The notes under the pieces were generated by a model that did no database searches, was not told the origin of the DNA, and was given only the letters and a program-made list of their open reading frames with translations. From an uncultured Victivallis sp. (GTDB taxonomy: Bacteria; Verrucomicrobiota; Lentisphaeria; Victivallales; Victivallaceae), in contig CALXOA010000062.1 of NCBI GenBank assembly GCA_944389895.1, positions 7,073 to 71,072 of the forward strand: 64,000 nucleotides of DNA. Direction: 5' to 3'. Shown piece after piece: positions 1-9,164 of this stretch. Made by a program: the position numbers and the translations under genes. Numbering within the stretch: position 1 is the stretch's first letter; each line of letters starts with the position of its first letter.

Positions 1-194
1 CATTCATCGTGGTGTTCGTGTTGTTCATCGGCGCCGGAGTGGCGATCAACGACTTCGTACTGATTATGATGCTGGGAATCATCATCGGCACCTATTCGTC
101 GATTTTCCTCACCGGGCCGATGGTGGCGTGGATGCATGCGCGTCGCGACCGCCGTGCAGAACGTACCGGAGCGGCCGTGCCGGCGAAAAAGTGA
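1..194 (+). CDS. secF: C-terminal fragment of protein-export membrane protein SecF/SecDF (5' end outside window)
   Basis: The frame is open from the window edge to TGA at 192-194. The final TM helix plus basic tail (FVLIMMLGIIIGTYSSIFLTGPMVAW..RRDRR) resembles SecF C-termini. A terminator follows. Confidence 0.6.
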   Translation, partial: FIVVFVLFIGAGVAINDFVLIMMLGIIIGTYSSIFLTGPMVAWMHARRDRRAERTGAAVPAKK

Positions 195-212
195 CGGTTG
201 GACCGGAAGAGG

Positions 213-244
213 AGCCGGCTTGCTGAACAAGCCGGCTTTTTTTA
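213..244 (+). terminator. Rho-independent terminator after secF
   Basis: Perfect 9-bp stem AGCCGGCTT / AAGCCGGCT with a 7-nt loop, followed by a run of 7 T. Confidence 0.8.
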
Positions 245-276
245 ACCGAAAATGACATTGCGGGAGAAAACAGAAG

Positions 277-600
277 ATGTTTGGCAATCTGGCCGAAATG
301 GCGAAGCTGATGTCCAAAGCGAAGGATATTCAGTCCAATCTCAAGAAATTCAAGGAGGAGCTGCCGACAATGGAGTTCTCAGCCTCCAGTCCCGGCAGTC
401 AGGTGCGGGTGACCGTGACCGGGGATTTCCGGATCAAGAAGATCGAGCTCACTGACGAAGCGTTGCAGGATCGTGCTTCTCTTGAGGAGCAGATTCTGAT
501 GGCGACCAACTCCGCGCTGATCGCCGCCAAGGCTGCTGCGCAGGAGAAGATGGGGGAGGTCACCGGCGGACTCGGGCTGGATCTGCCCGGTATTTTCTGA
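277..600 (+). CDS. ybaB: YbaB/EbfC family nucleoid-associated protein
   Basis: 107 aa. The N-terminus MFGNLAEMAKLMSKAKDIQSNLKKFKEEL and the size are typical of YbaB. It sits immediately upstream of recR, the conserved ybaB-recR pairing. Confidence 0.85.
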   Translation: MFGNLAEMAKLMSKAKDIQSNLKKFKEELPTMEFSASSPGSQVRVTVTGDFRIKKIELTDEALQDRASLEEQILMATNSALIAAKAAAQEKMGEVTGGLGLDLPGIF

Positions 601-616
601 ATGGAGTTTCTCCGGG

Positions 617-1234
617 ATGGGTGGTAATCTGCGATATCCGGAGGCGGTCGAGGAGCTGGTGGGGGCGTTGAAGCAGCTTCCCGGCATCGGCCGCCGTGGC
701 GCCGAACGGATGGCGTTGGCCATGCTCGGCTGGGAACCGGACAAACTGCGTTGTCTCGGCGAGCTGATCGGTCATCTGCCGGATACGGTCGGCGTCTGCC
801 CCGAGTGCGGCGCATTGTCCGATGCAGGAGAGCTTTGTGCGGTCTGCCGCGCTCCCGGTCGTGATCCGTCGCTGCTCTGTGTGGTCGAGACGACCGCGCA
901 GCTTTTCGCGATTGAAGCCTGCGGCAATTTCCGCGGCCGTTACCATGTGCTGGGGGGGCGGTTGTCGCCGCTGGACGGCGAGAACGGCGCTGCTCTGAAT
1001 TTCGACCGGTTGCTGGAACGGGTCGGCGCAGGCGGGGTGCGTGAAGTGATTCTGGCGCTCAGTTCCGACGTCGAGGGGCGGGCGACCGCGATCTACGTCG
1101 CGGGGTTGTTGAAGACGTTGCCGGTGCGGGTGACCCGTCCGGCGCTGGGATTGCCCGCGGGGGCGAACCTCTCCTACGCCGACGGTGCGACAATTGCAGC
1201 CGCGCTTTCTGGACGGACTGCCGTGGAGGAGTAG
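617..1234 (+). CDS. recR: Recombination protein RecR
   Basis: HhH motif LPGIGRRGAERMA, C4 zinc finger CPECG..CAVC and a Toprim-like C-terminal half. 205 aa. Confidence 0.9.
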   Translation: MGGNLRYPEAVEELVGALKQLPGIGRRGAERMALAMLGWEPDKLRCLGELIGHLPDTVGVCPECGALSDAGELCAVCRAPGRDPSLLCVVETTAQLFAIEACGNFRGRYHVLGGRLSPLDGENGAALNFDRLLERVGAGGVREVILALSSDVEGRATAIYVAGLLKTLPVRVTRPALGLPAGANLSYADGATIAAALSGRTAVEE

Positions 1235-1241
1235 GGGGAAT

Positions 1242-2183
1242 ATGGCGAAGGTGACCAGCTATGTCTGCGCGGTGACGCCTCCGCAGGTTGCCGCGCTCGA
1301 AATCCTGCTCAGAGAGCGCGGGTGGGAGTTCTCCGCGGTTCCCTATGCACATTGGAAGGCGGCGAAAGAGAAAACCAATGTGGTTGCTTATCTTTCAGGA
1401 AAATTGACCGTACAGGGTGGGGGAACCGGGGAGTTTGTCAGTTTCATTCTTGAACCGGAGATTCTCCACACGTTTACATTTGAGCAGGAGGAGTCTGCCG
1501 CGGAGGAGGAGGCGGTGGAGCCTCACGGAGGAGTGGATGAGAGCGGCAAAGGGGATTTTTTCGGGCCTCTGGTGATTGCCGGGGTCTATGCCGACGCCGA
1601 GACCGGGCCGGAATTGCGCCGGATCGGCTGCTGTGATTCCAAATTGATAAAGAGTTCCCGGCGGATTCTCGAACTGGCCGGGAAAATCCGTGCCGTGTCA
1701 CGGGGGCGGTACACGACTGTGGTAATCGGTCCCGAGGCCTATAACAGGCTTCACGCCGGTTTCGGCAATCTGAACCGGCTGTTGGCCTGGGGGCATGCGC
1801 GGGTGATCGAGAATCTGCTTGAGAAAGTGCCGGGGTGCCCCCGGATGTTGTCGGATAAATTCGGGGACGAGAGCCTGATCCGGCGTGCGCTTCTGGAACG
1901 TGGCCGGAAGATTCTCCTGGAGCAGCGGACCCGGGCGGAGAGTGACGTCGCGGTTGCCGCTGCGAGCATTCTCGCCCGCGAAGGGTTCCTGAACGCGATG
2001 ACCAGGCTTTCGGCCGAACTCGGCATGGAGCTTCCCCGCGGCGCCGGTCCGCAGGTCAAGGAGGTCGGTTTGAGACTTCGTGCGCAGTTCGGGCCGGAGG
2101 TTTTCGGGCGTTGTGCAAAATTGCATTTTAAAACCACACAGGAATTGGCCGCCGGAAAGTCGGCCGGAGAGGAGATGGCATGA
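1242..2183 (+). CDS. rnhC: Ribonuclease HIII
   Basis: N-terminal RNase HIII-specific domain (..AYLSGKLTVQGGG..) followed by the RNase HII/HIII catalytic motif GVDESGKGDFFGPLVIAGV. The ATG at 1242 lies just after the recR stop; the ORF-track start at 1185 overlaps recR. Confidence 0.8.
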   Translation: MAKVTSYVCAVTPPQVAALEILLRERGWEFSAVPYAHWKAAKEKTNVVAYLSGKLTVQGGGTGEFVSFILEPEILHTFTFEQEESAAEEEAVEPHGGVDESGKGDFFGPLVIAGVYADAETGPELRRIGCCDSKLIKSSRRILELAGKIRAVSRGRYTTVVIGPEAYNRLHAGFGNLNRLLAWGHARVIENLLEKVPGCPRMLSDKFGDESLIRRALLERGRKILLEQRTRAESDVAVAAASILAREGFLNAMTRLSAELGMELPRGAGPQVKEVGLRLRAQFGPEVFGRCAKLHFKTTQELAAGKSAGEEMA

Positions 2184-3214
2184 TCGGGTCAAATGATTTT
2201 TTCAAGTTGGCGGATGGGCGCGTGGCGAAATTGTTTCAGTTGCGCAATCCTTCCGGGTTCGGAGCTGACATCACGGATTTCGGCGGTGCGATTGTCCGCC
2301 TTTTCACGCCGGATCGCAACGGGAATCTGGTTGACGTGGTGCTCGGATTCGCCGATCCGGAGGAGTACGTTGCGAATGATCCCTTTTTCGGCGCGCTGAT
2401 CGGACGGGTCGCCAACCGGATCGCCGGGGGGCGTTTCTCCCTCGATGGCCGGGAATACCGTCTTGCCCTCAACGACAGCAACGGCAAAAACACGTTGCAC
2501 GGCGGCGATTGTTACGGTCGCCGGCTATGGAAGGGAACTTTGCAGGGGGAGAACTCCCTGAAGCTGGAGTTGACCAGCCCGGACGGCGACGCCGGTTTTC
2601 CCGGGGAGGTGAAGGTCGAAGTCCTCTACACCGTGACCGATGCGAATGAGCTGGTGATCGAATACCGGGCGGTCACCGATCGCACCACCGTGTTCAGCAT
2701 GACCAACCACTCCTATTTCAACCTCAACGGCGAAGCGGCCGGGGAGTGCGGTGACCATTCAATCCGGATCGATGCTGCCCGGCGCACCGAGGTCGATGAG
2801 TTTCTCGCTCCGACCGGCCGCAATCCCGAAGTCGCCGGAACGGTCTACGATCTGCGCAGCGGCCGGACTTTCGAGGAGATTCATCGCGAACTCCCGAGGT
2901 GTTTTGACGACAATTTCGTGTTGGCGGAGCGTGACGGCGAGTTCAAACAGGGGGTTGCTTTTGCGGCATCGGCCCGGACCGGAATCACGCTTGAAGTTTC
3001 AACCACTGCTCCGGGGGTGCAGTTCTATATGGGCTACTTCCTCGATGGCAGTTGTGTCGGGAAATCCGGGATCCGCTATCCGCAGTTCGGCGCCTTCTGC
3101 CTGGAGACGCAGCTCTGGCCGGATGCGGTGCATCACCCTGATTTCCCGAGTGCCCGGCTGGAACCCGGGCAGGTCTACGGGCAGAAGACGGTCTACAAAT
3201 TCGGCAGCCGGTAG
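2180..3214 (+). CDS. galM: Aldose 1-epimerase (galactose mutarotase)
   Basis: GFADPEEY.., GRVANRIAGGRFSLDGREY.L..N.G.N.LHGG and ..FCLETQ motifs of the aldose epimerase family. ATGA overlap with the rnhC stop. Confidence 0.85.
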   Translation: MIGSNDFFKLADGRVAKLFQLRNPSGFGADITDFGGAIVRLFTPDRNGNLVDVVLGFADPEEYVANDPFFGALIGRVANRIAGGRFSLDGREYRLALNDSNGKNTLHGGDCYGRRLWKGTLQGENSLKLELTSPDGDAGFPGEVKVEVLYTVTDANELVIEYRAVTDRTTVFSMTNHSYFNLNGEAAGECGDHSIRIDAARRTEVDEFLAPTGRNPEVAGTVYDLRSGRTFEEIHRELPRCFDDNFVLAERDGEFKQGVAFAASARTGITLEVSTTAPGVQFYMGYFLDGSCVGKSGIRYPQFGAFCLETQLWPDAVHHPDFPSARLEPGQVYGQKTVYKFGSR

Positions 3215-3223
3215 GGGCGGCTT

Positions 3224-5359
3224 TCAACTGCGGCGGATCCGCAGTTCGGCATCCCGGGTGGAGGCGTTCTGTTTCCAGGACGCCTTCACTTTTTCCGGAA
3301 GCGTCAGTTCCAGCAGAACGCCCCGTTCCGTCCGCTGCCACTCCGAGACGATTTCGCCGTGGATCGACCGGAAACTTACACGGCAGCGGCCCAGTTTCCG
3401 CGGTACGACCGGTTCATAATCCAGTTCCGCCGCGGCGCCGAAACGCGGGCCGATCCGCAACCCGCCCAGGTTGCGGAAGTAGAAGGCTGCGAACCCGGTC
3501 TTCATCGGATGGTTGCGGGAACGGGCCCTGGTGCTCGAATCAATCGGATATTTCTCCCAGGTTTCCCAGAAGGTGGTTGCTCCCTGGCGGATCAACTCAA
3601 GAATGCCGGGATAACCGCGGGCATGGAGAACGGTCAGTACATCATCCGGATAACCGGCGTTACAGAGAGCTTCGAAGAGGTATTTGAAACCGAAGATCCC
3701 CGTGGTGAAATGCCCGTGTCGTTCGAGAAGTTCCGTGTGAAGCGTGGCTGCGACCGCAGCCGGATCCGGTGCCAGGCCGAAATAGAGGGCGAGCACGTCG
3801 GCGGTCTGGCTGCCGAAGGAGCGTTGTTCCGGCCGATAGAACTCCCCGGAGATTGCCGCCGCGATTCCGGCCGCCCGTTGCCGGCAGGCGTTCTGATCAT
3901 CGGTGCGGCCGAGGATTCCGGCGATGCGTTCCGTCAGCCGTACTGCGTGGAGATGATACACAGAGGAGGTCATTGTGACCGGTGTGTTGTGCGGATAGAT
4001 GCAGCCCGGCGGACAGAAGTCGCCGAGCCCCTGATCGATCAGGCCGCCGTGACTGAGGCGGTCGAGCCGTTCGAGAAGGGATTGCATCAGAGGGTAATTC
4101 CGCTCCAGAATTGCGGTATCCCCGTAGAAGCAGTAGTTCAAATAAGGGATTTCCACGATCGCGACAGCCCACTCCACCGTCGCTTCTCCGCAGGCGCGCG
4201 AACCCGGCGCGACCATCGGAATGGCTCCTCCTTCGACGGAAGTCTCGATGTCCCGGCAGTACTTGCGCCAGAACTCCCGCATGTCGTAGCGGAAGTCCGA
4301 CCAGCAGGCAATCACCTGTGCGTCGCCGAGCCAGCCGCACTTCTCGCGGATCGGGCAGTCGGTCGGCAAACCGTGGAGATTGCCGTCAAGTGTGCGGCAG
4401 GCCATCCGCCAGATCCGGTCGAGCAGCGGATCGTCTGACGAGAACGTTCCGGTTTCCCGCAGAAAGGTATGGATTTCTTCGGCGGTAAGAAAATCGGGCG
4501 GAGGCGCTTCCCCGCTCCAGCCAGAGACTTCGACATAGCGGAACCCGCGGTAGCCGAACATGGCCCCCCAGCATTCCGGTCCGTTTCCGCGGCAGATGTA
4601 ACGGTCGGTCGGAATGCAGCCGGTGGCGAACTCCCCGGTGCTGGAGAAGTCGATTTTTCCATCCTCATCAAGCTCTTCGGCATAGCGCAGAACGATCTCC
4701 GTACCGCGTGGTGCGGAAAGTTTCAGCACGGTCCGGCCGGCGATGTTCTCCCCGAAGTCGAAGAGCCATCGGCCCTCTCCGCCGGACAGAATTCCGACGG
4801 GCGCCAGCCGGCGGGTTGTACGTTCTCCGGGAATCGGCTGAAGACATGGAATCCCGCCGGGGGAGTCCGTCGGGACCGCATTTTTCCAAATGGTTTCTGC
4901 TCCGATTTCCCGGCGGGCATCGTACTCCTCCCCCGCGTAGACATTGTCTGCGATCCAGGGACCTTCGGTGCACAGCCAGACGGAAGAAGTGGTTGCGAAC
5001 GTCCTGCCGTCACACAGCAGTTCCGCGATCAGTTTCCGGGGGCCGTAAGGCTTTTCTGCCCATCCATAGGCCCCCAGCACACGGGACTGGGCGTAGAATC
5101 CCTCTCCGACATAGACCAGCAGTTCGTTTTCACCGGACCGCAGAAACGCATTCAGGTCATATTCAAGAAAGTAGACGATTTTCCGGTAATTGCTCTGGAC
5201 CGGAACCAGAAGTTCGTCGGAAAGCCGGCGGCCGTTGAGTTCGGCGAAGAAGAGTCCCAGGGCGGAAATACGCAACTGGAGTCGCCCGCCACCGGGGGCG
5301 GTGAAGGTGTGGCGGAATACGTTGCCGCCGCCGATCCATTCTGCCGATTCGAAAGGCAT
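3224..5359 (-). CDS. Glycoside hydrolase family 78 alpha-L-rhamnosidase
   Basis: GH78-type six-hairpin core with DCPIREKCGWLGDAQV (compare DCPQRDERLGWTGD) plus N-terminal rhamnosidase domains. Start chosen at the ATG at 5359, preceded by GAGGAGAGG. The ORF maximum extends to 5437. Confidence 0.8.
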   Translation of the reverse strand: MPFESAEWIGGGNVFRHTFTAPGGGRLQLRISALGLFFAELNGRRLSDELLVPVQSNYRKIVYFLEYDLNAFLRSGENELLVYVGEGFYAQSRVLGAYGWAEKPYGPRKLIAELLCDGRTFATTSSVWLCTEGPWIADNVYAGEEYDARREIGAETIWKNAVPTDSPGGIPCLQPIPGERTTRRLAPVGILSGGEGRWLFDFGENIAGRTVLKLSAPRGTEIVLRYAEELDEDGKIDFSSTGEFATGCIPTDRYICRGNGPECWGAMFGYRGFRYVEVSGWSGEAPPPDFLTAEEIHTFLRETGTFSSDDPLLDRIWRMACRTLDGNLHGLPTDCPIREKCGWLGDAQVIACWSDFRYDMREFWRKYCRDIETSVEGGAIPMVAPGSRACGEATVEWAVAIVEIPYLNYCFYGDTAILERNYPLMQSLLERLDRLSHGGLIDQGLGDFCPPGCIYPHNTPVTMTSSVYHLHAVRLTERIAGILGRTDDQNACRQRAAGIAAAISGEFYRPEQRSFGSQTADVLALYFGLAPDPAAVAATLHTELLERHGHFTTGIFGFKYLFEALCNAGYPDDVLTVLHARGYPGILELIRQGATTFWETWEKYPIDSSTRARSRNHPMKTGFAAFYFRNLGGLRIGPRFGAAAELDYEPVVPRKLGRCRVSFRSIHGEIVSEWQRTERGVLLELTLPEKVKASWKQNASTRDAELRIRRS

Positions 5360-5433
5360 CTGTTTCCTCTCCTCTGCGATTGTTGCGGCGGTTGGTTTTC
5401 TCCGGATTTCCCGGTTCTGCCGGGCTGGTGCTG

Positions 5434-6732
5434 TCAAACCAGATCGAGCACTGCCCGCCGGTCAGCCATGGCCGCCAGCACCTCTCCGGCAAGATAGAGC
5501 GATCCGGCCACCAGAACTTTACGTTCCGGATTCCCGAGTGCGTGGTTGACCGCAAGCAGCGCATTGGGAACGGCATGGCAGGGCGTTTCTCCGATCCGGC
5601 CTGCGATTTCGCACAGCGCTTCACCGGTATAACTGGGGCGATCACTCTCATGCAGCGGCACAAAGAGGAACTCCGCCGCCAGCGGATAGATCAGCCGCAG
5701 ACTGTTCTCGACATCCTTGTCGCAGAATCCGGCATAAACAACGGTGAATTTTTCTCCGGGCAACGCCTCGTTCAGTGCCGTTTTCAATGCGGCCAGGCCG
5801 TCCGGGTTGTGACCGCCGTCGATGAAGAGCCGTTCATTGAGCCGCTGGCAACGGGCGGGCCAGCGGACGTTTTCGAGGCCGTCAAGCGCCCGGTTGAGAT
5901 CCAGTCCGAAACGGGATTCCATGAACTTCAGCACCTGATAGACGATCCGGAAATTCGCCCTCTGCATCGCTCCCAGAAGGGGCAGCCGGATCCGCCGGCC
6001 TTCGAACTCGAATTCCTGCAGAGCGGACCGGTTGTTCAGCCGGTAGGAAACTTTTCCGGTCGGCGCGGGAGCCGGGCCGGTTGGCGCCGAACCGAGCGAA
6101 CGTGCACGGTCGAGCAATACCTGCCGTGCTTCCTCCGGCATCTCCCCATAGAAGAGCGGCACCGCGGGTTTGATGATTCCGCCTTTCTCCCAGGCGATTT
6201 TCTCGAGGGTTTCTCCGAGAAACTTCTGGTGGTCGAGGGCGATGTTGGTGATCACCGTGGCAATCGGAGTGACCACGTTGGTCGAATCGAGACGCCCCCC
6301 CATGCCGGTTTCCCAGATCACGACATCGACCCCGGCCCGGGCGAAGATCAACGCCGCCAGAACCGTGGTGAACTCGAAATAGGTGAAACGGAAGTCGTGG
6401 CCGGTGGTCCGGCGGGCGGCTTCGGCAAGTTCCGCTGCGTAGGTTTCGAAATCCGCCTGCGAAACCGCACGGCCGTTGACCCGGAACCGTTCCCGGATGT
6501 CCACCAGGTGCGGCGAGGAATAGAACCCGGTATTGAATCCGGCCGACCGCAATGCACACTCCAGCATCGCGCCGACGGACCCCTTGCCGTTGGTTCCGGC
6601 AATATGGATGAATTTCAGGTCTCTCTCCGGATTTCCGGCGCGCCGCATCAGTTCGGCGGTTGCTTCCAGCCCGGGCTTGATTCCGAACATGCCCAGGGAA
6701 TCCAGATACTCTTTGGCGGGAATGGTACTCAA
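5434..6732 (-). CDS. folC: Bifunctional folylpolyglutamate synthase / dihydrofolate synthase
   Basis: Mur-ligase P-loop HIAGTNGKGS and the YLDSL..FGIKPGLE N-terminus typical of FolC. The ORF extends to 6936 but would overlap tolB by 157 nt. TTG at 6732 has AGGAG 9 nt upstream; ATG at 6690 is the alternative start. Confidence 0.8.
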   Translation of the reverse strand: MSTIPAKEYLDSLGMFGIKPGLEATAELMRRAGNPERDLKFIHIAGTNGKGSVGAMLECALRSAGFNTGFYSSPHLVDIRERFRVNGRAVSQADFETYAAELAEAARRTTGHDFRFTYFEFTTVLAALIFARAGVDVVIWETGMGGRLDSTNVVTPIATVITNIALDHQKFLGETLEKIAWEKGGIIKPAVPLFYGEMPEEARQVLLDRARSLGSAPTGPAPAPTGKVSYRLNNRSALQEFEFEGRRIRLPLLGAMQRANFRIVYQVLKFMESRFGLDLNRALDGLENVRWPARCQRLNERLFIDGGHNPDGLAALKTALNEALPGEKFTVVYAGFCDKDVENSLRLIYPLAAEFLFVPLHESDRPSYTGEALCEIAGRIGETPCHAVPNALLAVNHALGNPERKVLVAGSLYLAGEVLAAMADRRAVLDLV

Positions 6733-6779
6733 TTGGACGAACTCCTCATCTCTACATCCTGCACGCGGCGTTTCGGATC

Positions 6780-7994
6780 CTATTCGGCGCAGGGGGACCA
6801 GACCGGCATCGACAGATTGTACGGAGTCGATACCAGAAGCCGTGTTTTTCCGGTCAGTGTATCCACCACATAGAGCGCCGACTTGCCACTGCCGTCGGAA
6901 CGCTTGCAGACCACCTGACGGTTGTCGGCCGCCCATGCCGGGGATTCCCAGCTGCCGGGAGCGGTGGTGGCGCGTTTGTTCTCGCCGGTTCTGGTGTCGT
7001 AGACGCCGATGGTGTATTCGCCGTCGACCTTGGCGGCATAGACGATTTTTCCGCTTTTCGACCAGTCCGGGGTCACCGCGTCGGAACCGATCGACGGCAG
7101 CCGCTTGCGGTTCGAACCGTCGGCATTGATCGTGAAGATCCGCGGGGAACCGGTTTCATCGCTGACGAAGGCGAGCTGGCGGCCGTCGGGACTCCAGCAG
7201 GGGGACGCCTCGACGGCGATACTCCGGGTCAGGCGCCGCGGTGTGCGGCTGCCGATCCGCATCACATAGAGGTCGACTTTGTGGTCCGGACTCAGGATCA
7301 GCGCAAGATTTTTTCCGTCGGGGCTGATGGCCGCGCCGGCGTTGATTCCGGAATAGGAGGAGAGCACTCTGCTCCGACGCGGACGCAGCTGCGTTTCAAT
7401 GACTTCGATCCCGGTCGGGGCATATTTCGAGTACCCGATCGATCCGCCGTCCGGGAACCAGCACGGTTCGACGCAGAGTGTGTTGAACCGGGTGATCTGT
7501 TCGACTTCCCCGCCGTCGATGTCACAGGCGAAAATATTACGCACTCCGCGCGAGGTCTGAGCGCAGAATGCGATGCGCGATGTACAGAACCCTTTGACCT
7601 TCAAATCGCTGAAGGTTTTTTCGATGATTGCGTCAACCGCATGCTTTGCGACCAGGCGGGAGTTGCCGGTGACGGTGACATTCCAGCTCCCGGCAGGTGC
7701 GTCGCCCCGTGTCAGGGTCAGTTTGAGTGTGTTGCCGGTACGGACCCCGGCGAGCTGGAAGTCGCTCTGCGGGTTGTTGGAGAGGTCAAACCAGCCGCAG
7801 GCACCGAGGAAGGTCCGGATATCCCGTGCGAGATCCGTATCGTTGACGACGCCGGTGAAATGGATTGTCGGATTGTCGCGGACCTGTTTATCCACGATGA
7901 TCGGTTCGAGCGCGGCAGAAGCCGGAACTGCGGCGAATGTGACGACGAGGGCGGTCAGCAGCAGACCGGCCGGGCGGAGCGGTTTGAACGACAT
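6780..7994 (-). CDS. tolB: TolB-like periplasmic beta-propeller protein
   Basis: Signal peptide (LLLTALVVTFAAVPASA), TolB N-terminal domain, then repeated WD40-like PD40 blades (SPDGKNLA.., WSPDGRQLAFVSD.., PDWSKSGKIVY..). AAGGAG lies 8 nt upstream of the ATG. Confidence 0.8.
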   Translation of the reverse strand: MSFKPLRPAGLLLTALVVTFAAVPASAALEPIIVDKQVRDNPTIHFTGVVNDTDLARDIRTFLGACGWFDLSNNPQSDFQLAGVRTGNTLKLTLTRGDAPAGSWNVTVTGNSRLVAKHAVDAIIEKTFSDLKVKGFCTSRIAFCAQTSRGVRNIFACDIDGGEVEQITRFNTLCVEPCWFPDGGSIGYSKYAPTGIEVIETQLRPRRSRVLSSYSGINAGAAISPDGKNLALILSPDHKVDLYVMRIGSRTPRRLTRSIAVEASPCWSPDGRQLAFVSDETGSPRIFTINADGSNRKRLPSIGSDAVTPDWSKSGKIVYAAKVDGEYTIGVYDTRTGENKRATTAPGSWESPAWAADNRQVVCKRSDGSGKSALYVVDTLTGKTRLLVSTPYNLSMPVWSPCAE

Positions 7995-8057
7995 GATGGA
8001 GACTCCTTCTTCCGTAAAAATGCATGTTTTGATTTTAAACAGTAAAATAACCCGGAA

Positions 8058-9164
8058 TCAGTAGTTTTTCAATACGGTTCCGAGTGCTTCAACCAACTTT
8101 TTCGCCTCCTCCGCGGTGGAGTCGGAACCCAGTCCGATCCGCAATCCCGAGTAGGCGTCCGCAGGGCGGAATCCGATGGCCCGGAGCGCTGTCGACGGTT
8201 CACGGCTCTCCGCCGAGCAGGCGCTGCCTGCTGCGGTCATCACTCCGGCTTCGGCGAGCATCCGGACCACGACCGCCGATTGCAGACCGGGGAGCGTCAG
8301 ATGCAGAATGTAGGGGGAGGCTGCTTCCTCCGGGATGGTACAGACGGGGTGCCCGCCGCCGGGAAGTTCCAGACGGCAGAGCGCTTCACGGAGAAAATGG
8401 TTCAATTCCGAGATCCGCCGGCAGGTCGTCTCAAGAGTGCTGCGCCGCAACTTCGCTGCGAAGGCAAGGGTCAGCAGCACCGGCGGTTCCGGCCGACCGA
8501 TCCGGTAGAATCTGTGGCGGTAATCCCGGGCGAAGGCGACAAGTTTTTCCGCTCCGGAAAACTCCGGCGCCAGCAGCAGTGCGGCTCCCCCGGGCGCACC
8601 GAACTTGTGACCCGAAACCGCGGCGACGTCGAAGTCCGCCGGAAATTCGAGTTTCCCCGCGCTCTGAATGGCGTCGACGAATCGCACCGCTCCGGGAGAG
8701 GCGGCGAAGAGTGCGGCGGTGTTCTGACATACCCCGAGTTCACTCTGTATTTGGTGGAATGCAGCCAGATCGATATCGGCGGAATCCACGCCGGATGGCT
8801 TCAAGCGACCGTCGTTTCCTGCCGGAATGAAACGTACTTCCGCCGCGCTGCGCTGGAGCGCCGCCAGCAGCGCGGGGTGTTCCAGGCGACTGGTGAGGAC
8901 TCTTTTCCCTGCCGCCACCGGGGAATCTGCGAACAGATTGAAGAGTTCCGTCCCGTTCATGCCCCAGATCACCCGGCAGCCGTCATGACCGGTCAACGCC
9001 GTTGACAGTTCCGCCGCCGCCCGGTCGAGTTTCCTGCGCAGTTCATACCCCAGGCTGTGGGTGGCCTCCTGGTTTGCATAGTGCAGGCGCACCATCTCTC
9101 CGTAATACGCGAGCACTTCCGGATCCGGTCGGGCCGCCGCCGCCTGGTCGAAGTAGACACTCAT
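8058..9164 (-). CDS. Class-V aminotransferase, divergent cysteine desulfurase-like paralog
   Basis: PLP-lysine motif SGHKFGAPGGAALLL and active-site Cys loop AAGSACSAESREPSTALRAIG (compare SGSACTS..LEPSHVLRAMG). The ATG at 9164 forms an ATGA overlap with the stop of the upstream membrane-protein gene. Confidence 0.7.
   Translation of the reverse strand: MSVYFDQAAAARPDPEVLAYYGEMVRLHYANQEATHSLGYELRRKLDRAAAELSTALTGHDGCRVIWGMNGTELFNLFADSPVAAGKRVLTSRLEHPALLAALQRSAAEVRFIPAGNDGRLKPSGVDSADIDLAAFHQIQSELGVCQNTAALFAASPGAVRFVDAIQSAGKLEFPADFDVAAVSGHKFGAPGGAALLLAPEFSGAEKLVAFARDYRHRFYRIGRPEPPVLLTLAFAAKLRRSTLETTCRRISELNHFLREALCRLELPGGGHPVCTIPEEAASPYILHLTLPGLQSAVVVRMLAEAGVMTAAGSACSAESREPSTALRAIGFRPADAYSGLRIGLGSDSTAEEAKKLVEALGTVLKNY

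Noticed and set aside
5380-6873. Long antisense or overlapping ORFs. Examples: 5380-6873 (+), 3359-4438 (+), 16854-18128 (+), 23832-25025 (-), 35111-36091 (-), 41946-42932 (-), 43392-44885 (-) and 53858-54997 (+).
   Set aside because: Each lies opposite a confidently identified gene (folC, GH78, yhaN-like, NSS transporter, GH2s, GH5). Each has no RBS or start context, biased Arg/Gly/Pro composition and no recognisable motifs. They are GC-driven artefacts.
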